Positions 63,734 to 64,000 of a DNA stretch of 64,000 nucleotides are shown here, in pieces. The stretch covers positions 12,475 to 76,474 of the forward strand of contig CAVSNL010000031.1 in NCBI GenBank assembly GCA_963729285.1, given 5' to 3'. The DNA comes from an uncultured Acidobacteriota bacterium. Lineage in GTDB: Bacteria > Acidobacteriota > Terriglobia > Acidiferrales > UBA7541. The translations under genes and the position numbers were made by a program. Under the pieces are notes generated by a model that searched no databases, was not told the origin of the DNA, and saw only the letters and a list, made by a program, of their open reading frames with translations. Within the stretch, counting starts at the first letter, position 1; each line of letters starts with the position of its first letter.

Positions 63734-63853
63734 GGTTTGTTTTATCAGGAACAGGAGGGGCTCTATCTAAGTGGCACAGCCATTCCTGGCTGTGGCTTCT
63801 GGGCTGTACACCTTCCGAGCCGGAGATGGTCTGCCGCCGGCGGACGCATTCCC

Positions 63854-64000
63854 CTATTCGTAGCGCAGGGCCACCATGGGATCGACCTTCATCGCGCGCC
63901 GAGCGGGTATGTAGCAGGCCGCCAGCGCGACCAGCAACAGAAGAGCCGCCACCCCCGCGAAGGTCAGCGGGTCTGTAGGTCGCACTCCGAACAGAAGGCT
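63854..64000 (-). CDS. 3' end of an ADOP-family ABC permease (partial)
   Basis: [10 protein letters not shown]...[21 protein letters not shown]-stop. Confidence 0.9.
   Translation of the reverse strand, partial: SLLFGVRPTDPLTFAGVAALLLLVALAACYIPARRAMKVDPMVALRYE

Overview
GC-rich bacterial chromosomal window, most consistent with Acidobacteriota. This is an inference from the ADOP-type ABC permeases, the ECF sigma/anti-sigma/HEAT-repeat operon, the PilZ/sigma-54 island and the REP-like repeats. Many conserved genes (dapA/B/D, M20 peptidase, mtaB, pgeF, GT2, M16) carry single-base frameshifts, which most likely reflect long-read indel errors rather than real pseudogenes. The left third is accessory. 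It holds a papain-like protease fused to a 6-repeat propeller, preceded by a small ORF that echoes its N-terminus; an active/inactive HtrA pair with an atypical NarL regulator; a candidate ~50-nt sRNA; an IS1182; a Tat-signal deaminase; a decayed kinase-TPR gene; an IS1111-type IS110 with a ~470-nt 3' non-coding region (seekRNA/bridge-RNA candidate); and a gene flanked by REP-derived direct repeats and a 52-bp tandem array. A co-oriented lipid cluster is dispersed through this region: pseudo-HAD/fatty acyl-CoA reductase fusion, a second reductase, a pyruvyl-transferase-like protein, an acyl-CoA ligase and possibly an enoyl-CoA hydratase. The middle is a c-di-GMP/sigma-54 signalling island with several -24/-12 promoter matches. 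The right half is mostly housekeeping: metH, mtaB, acpS, pgeF, rlmN, a lysine-riboswitch-controlled dap operon and an ECF module.
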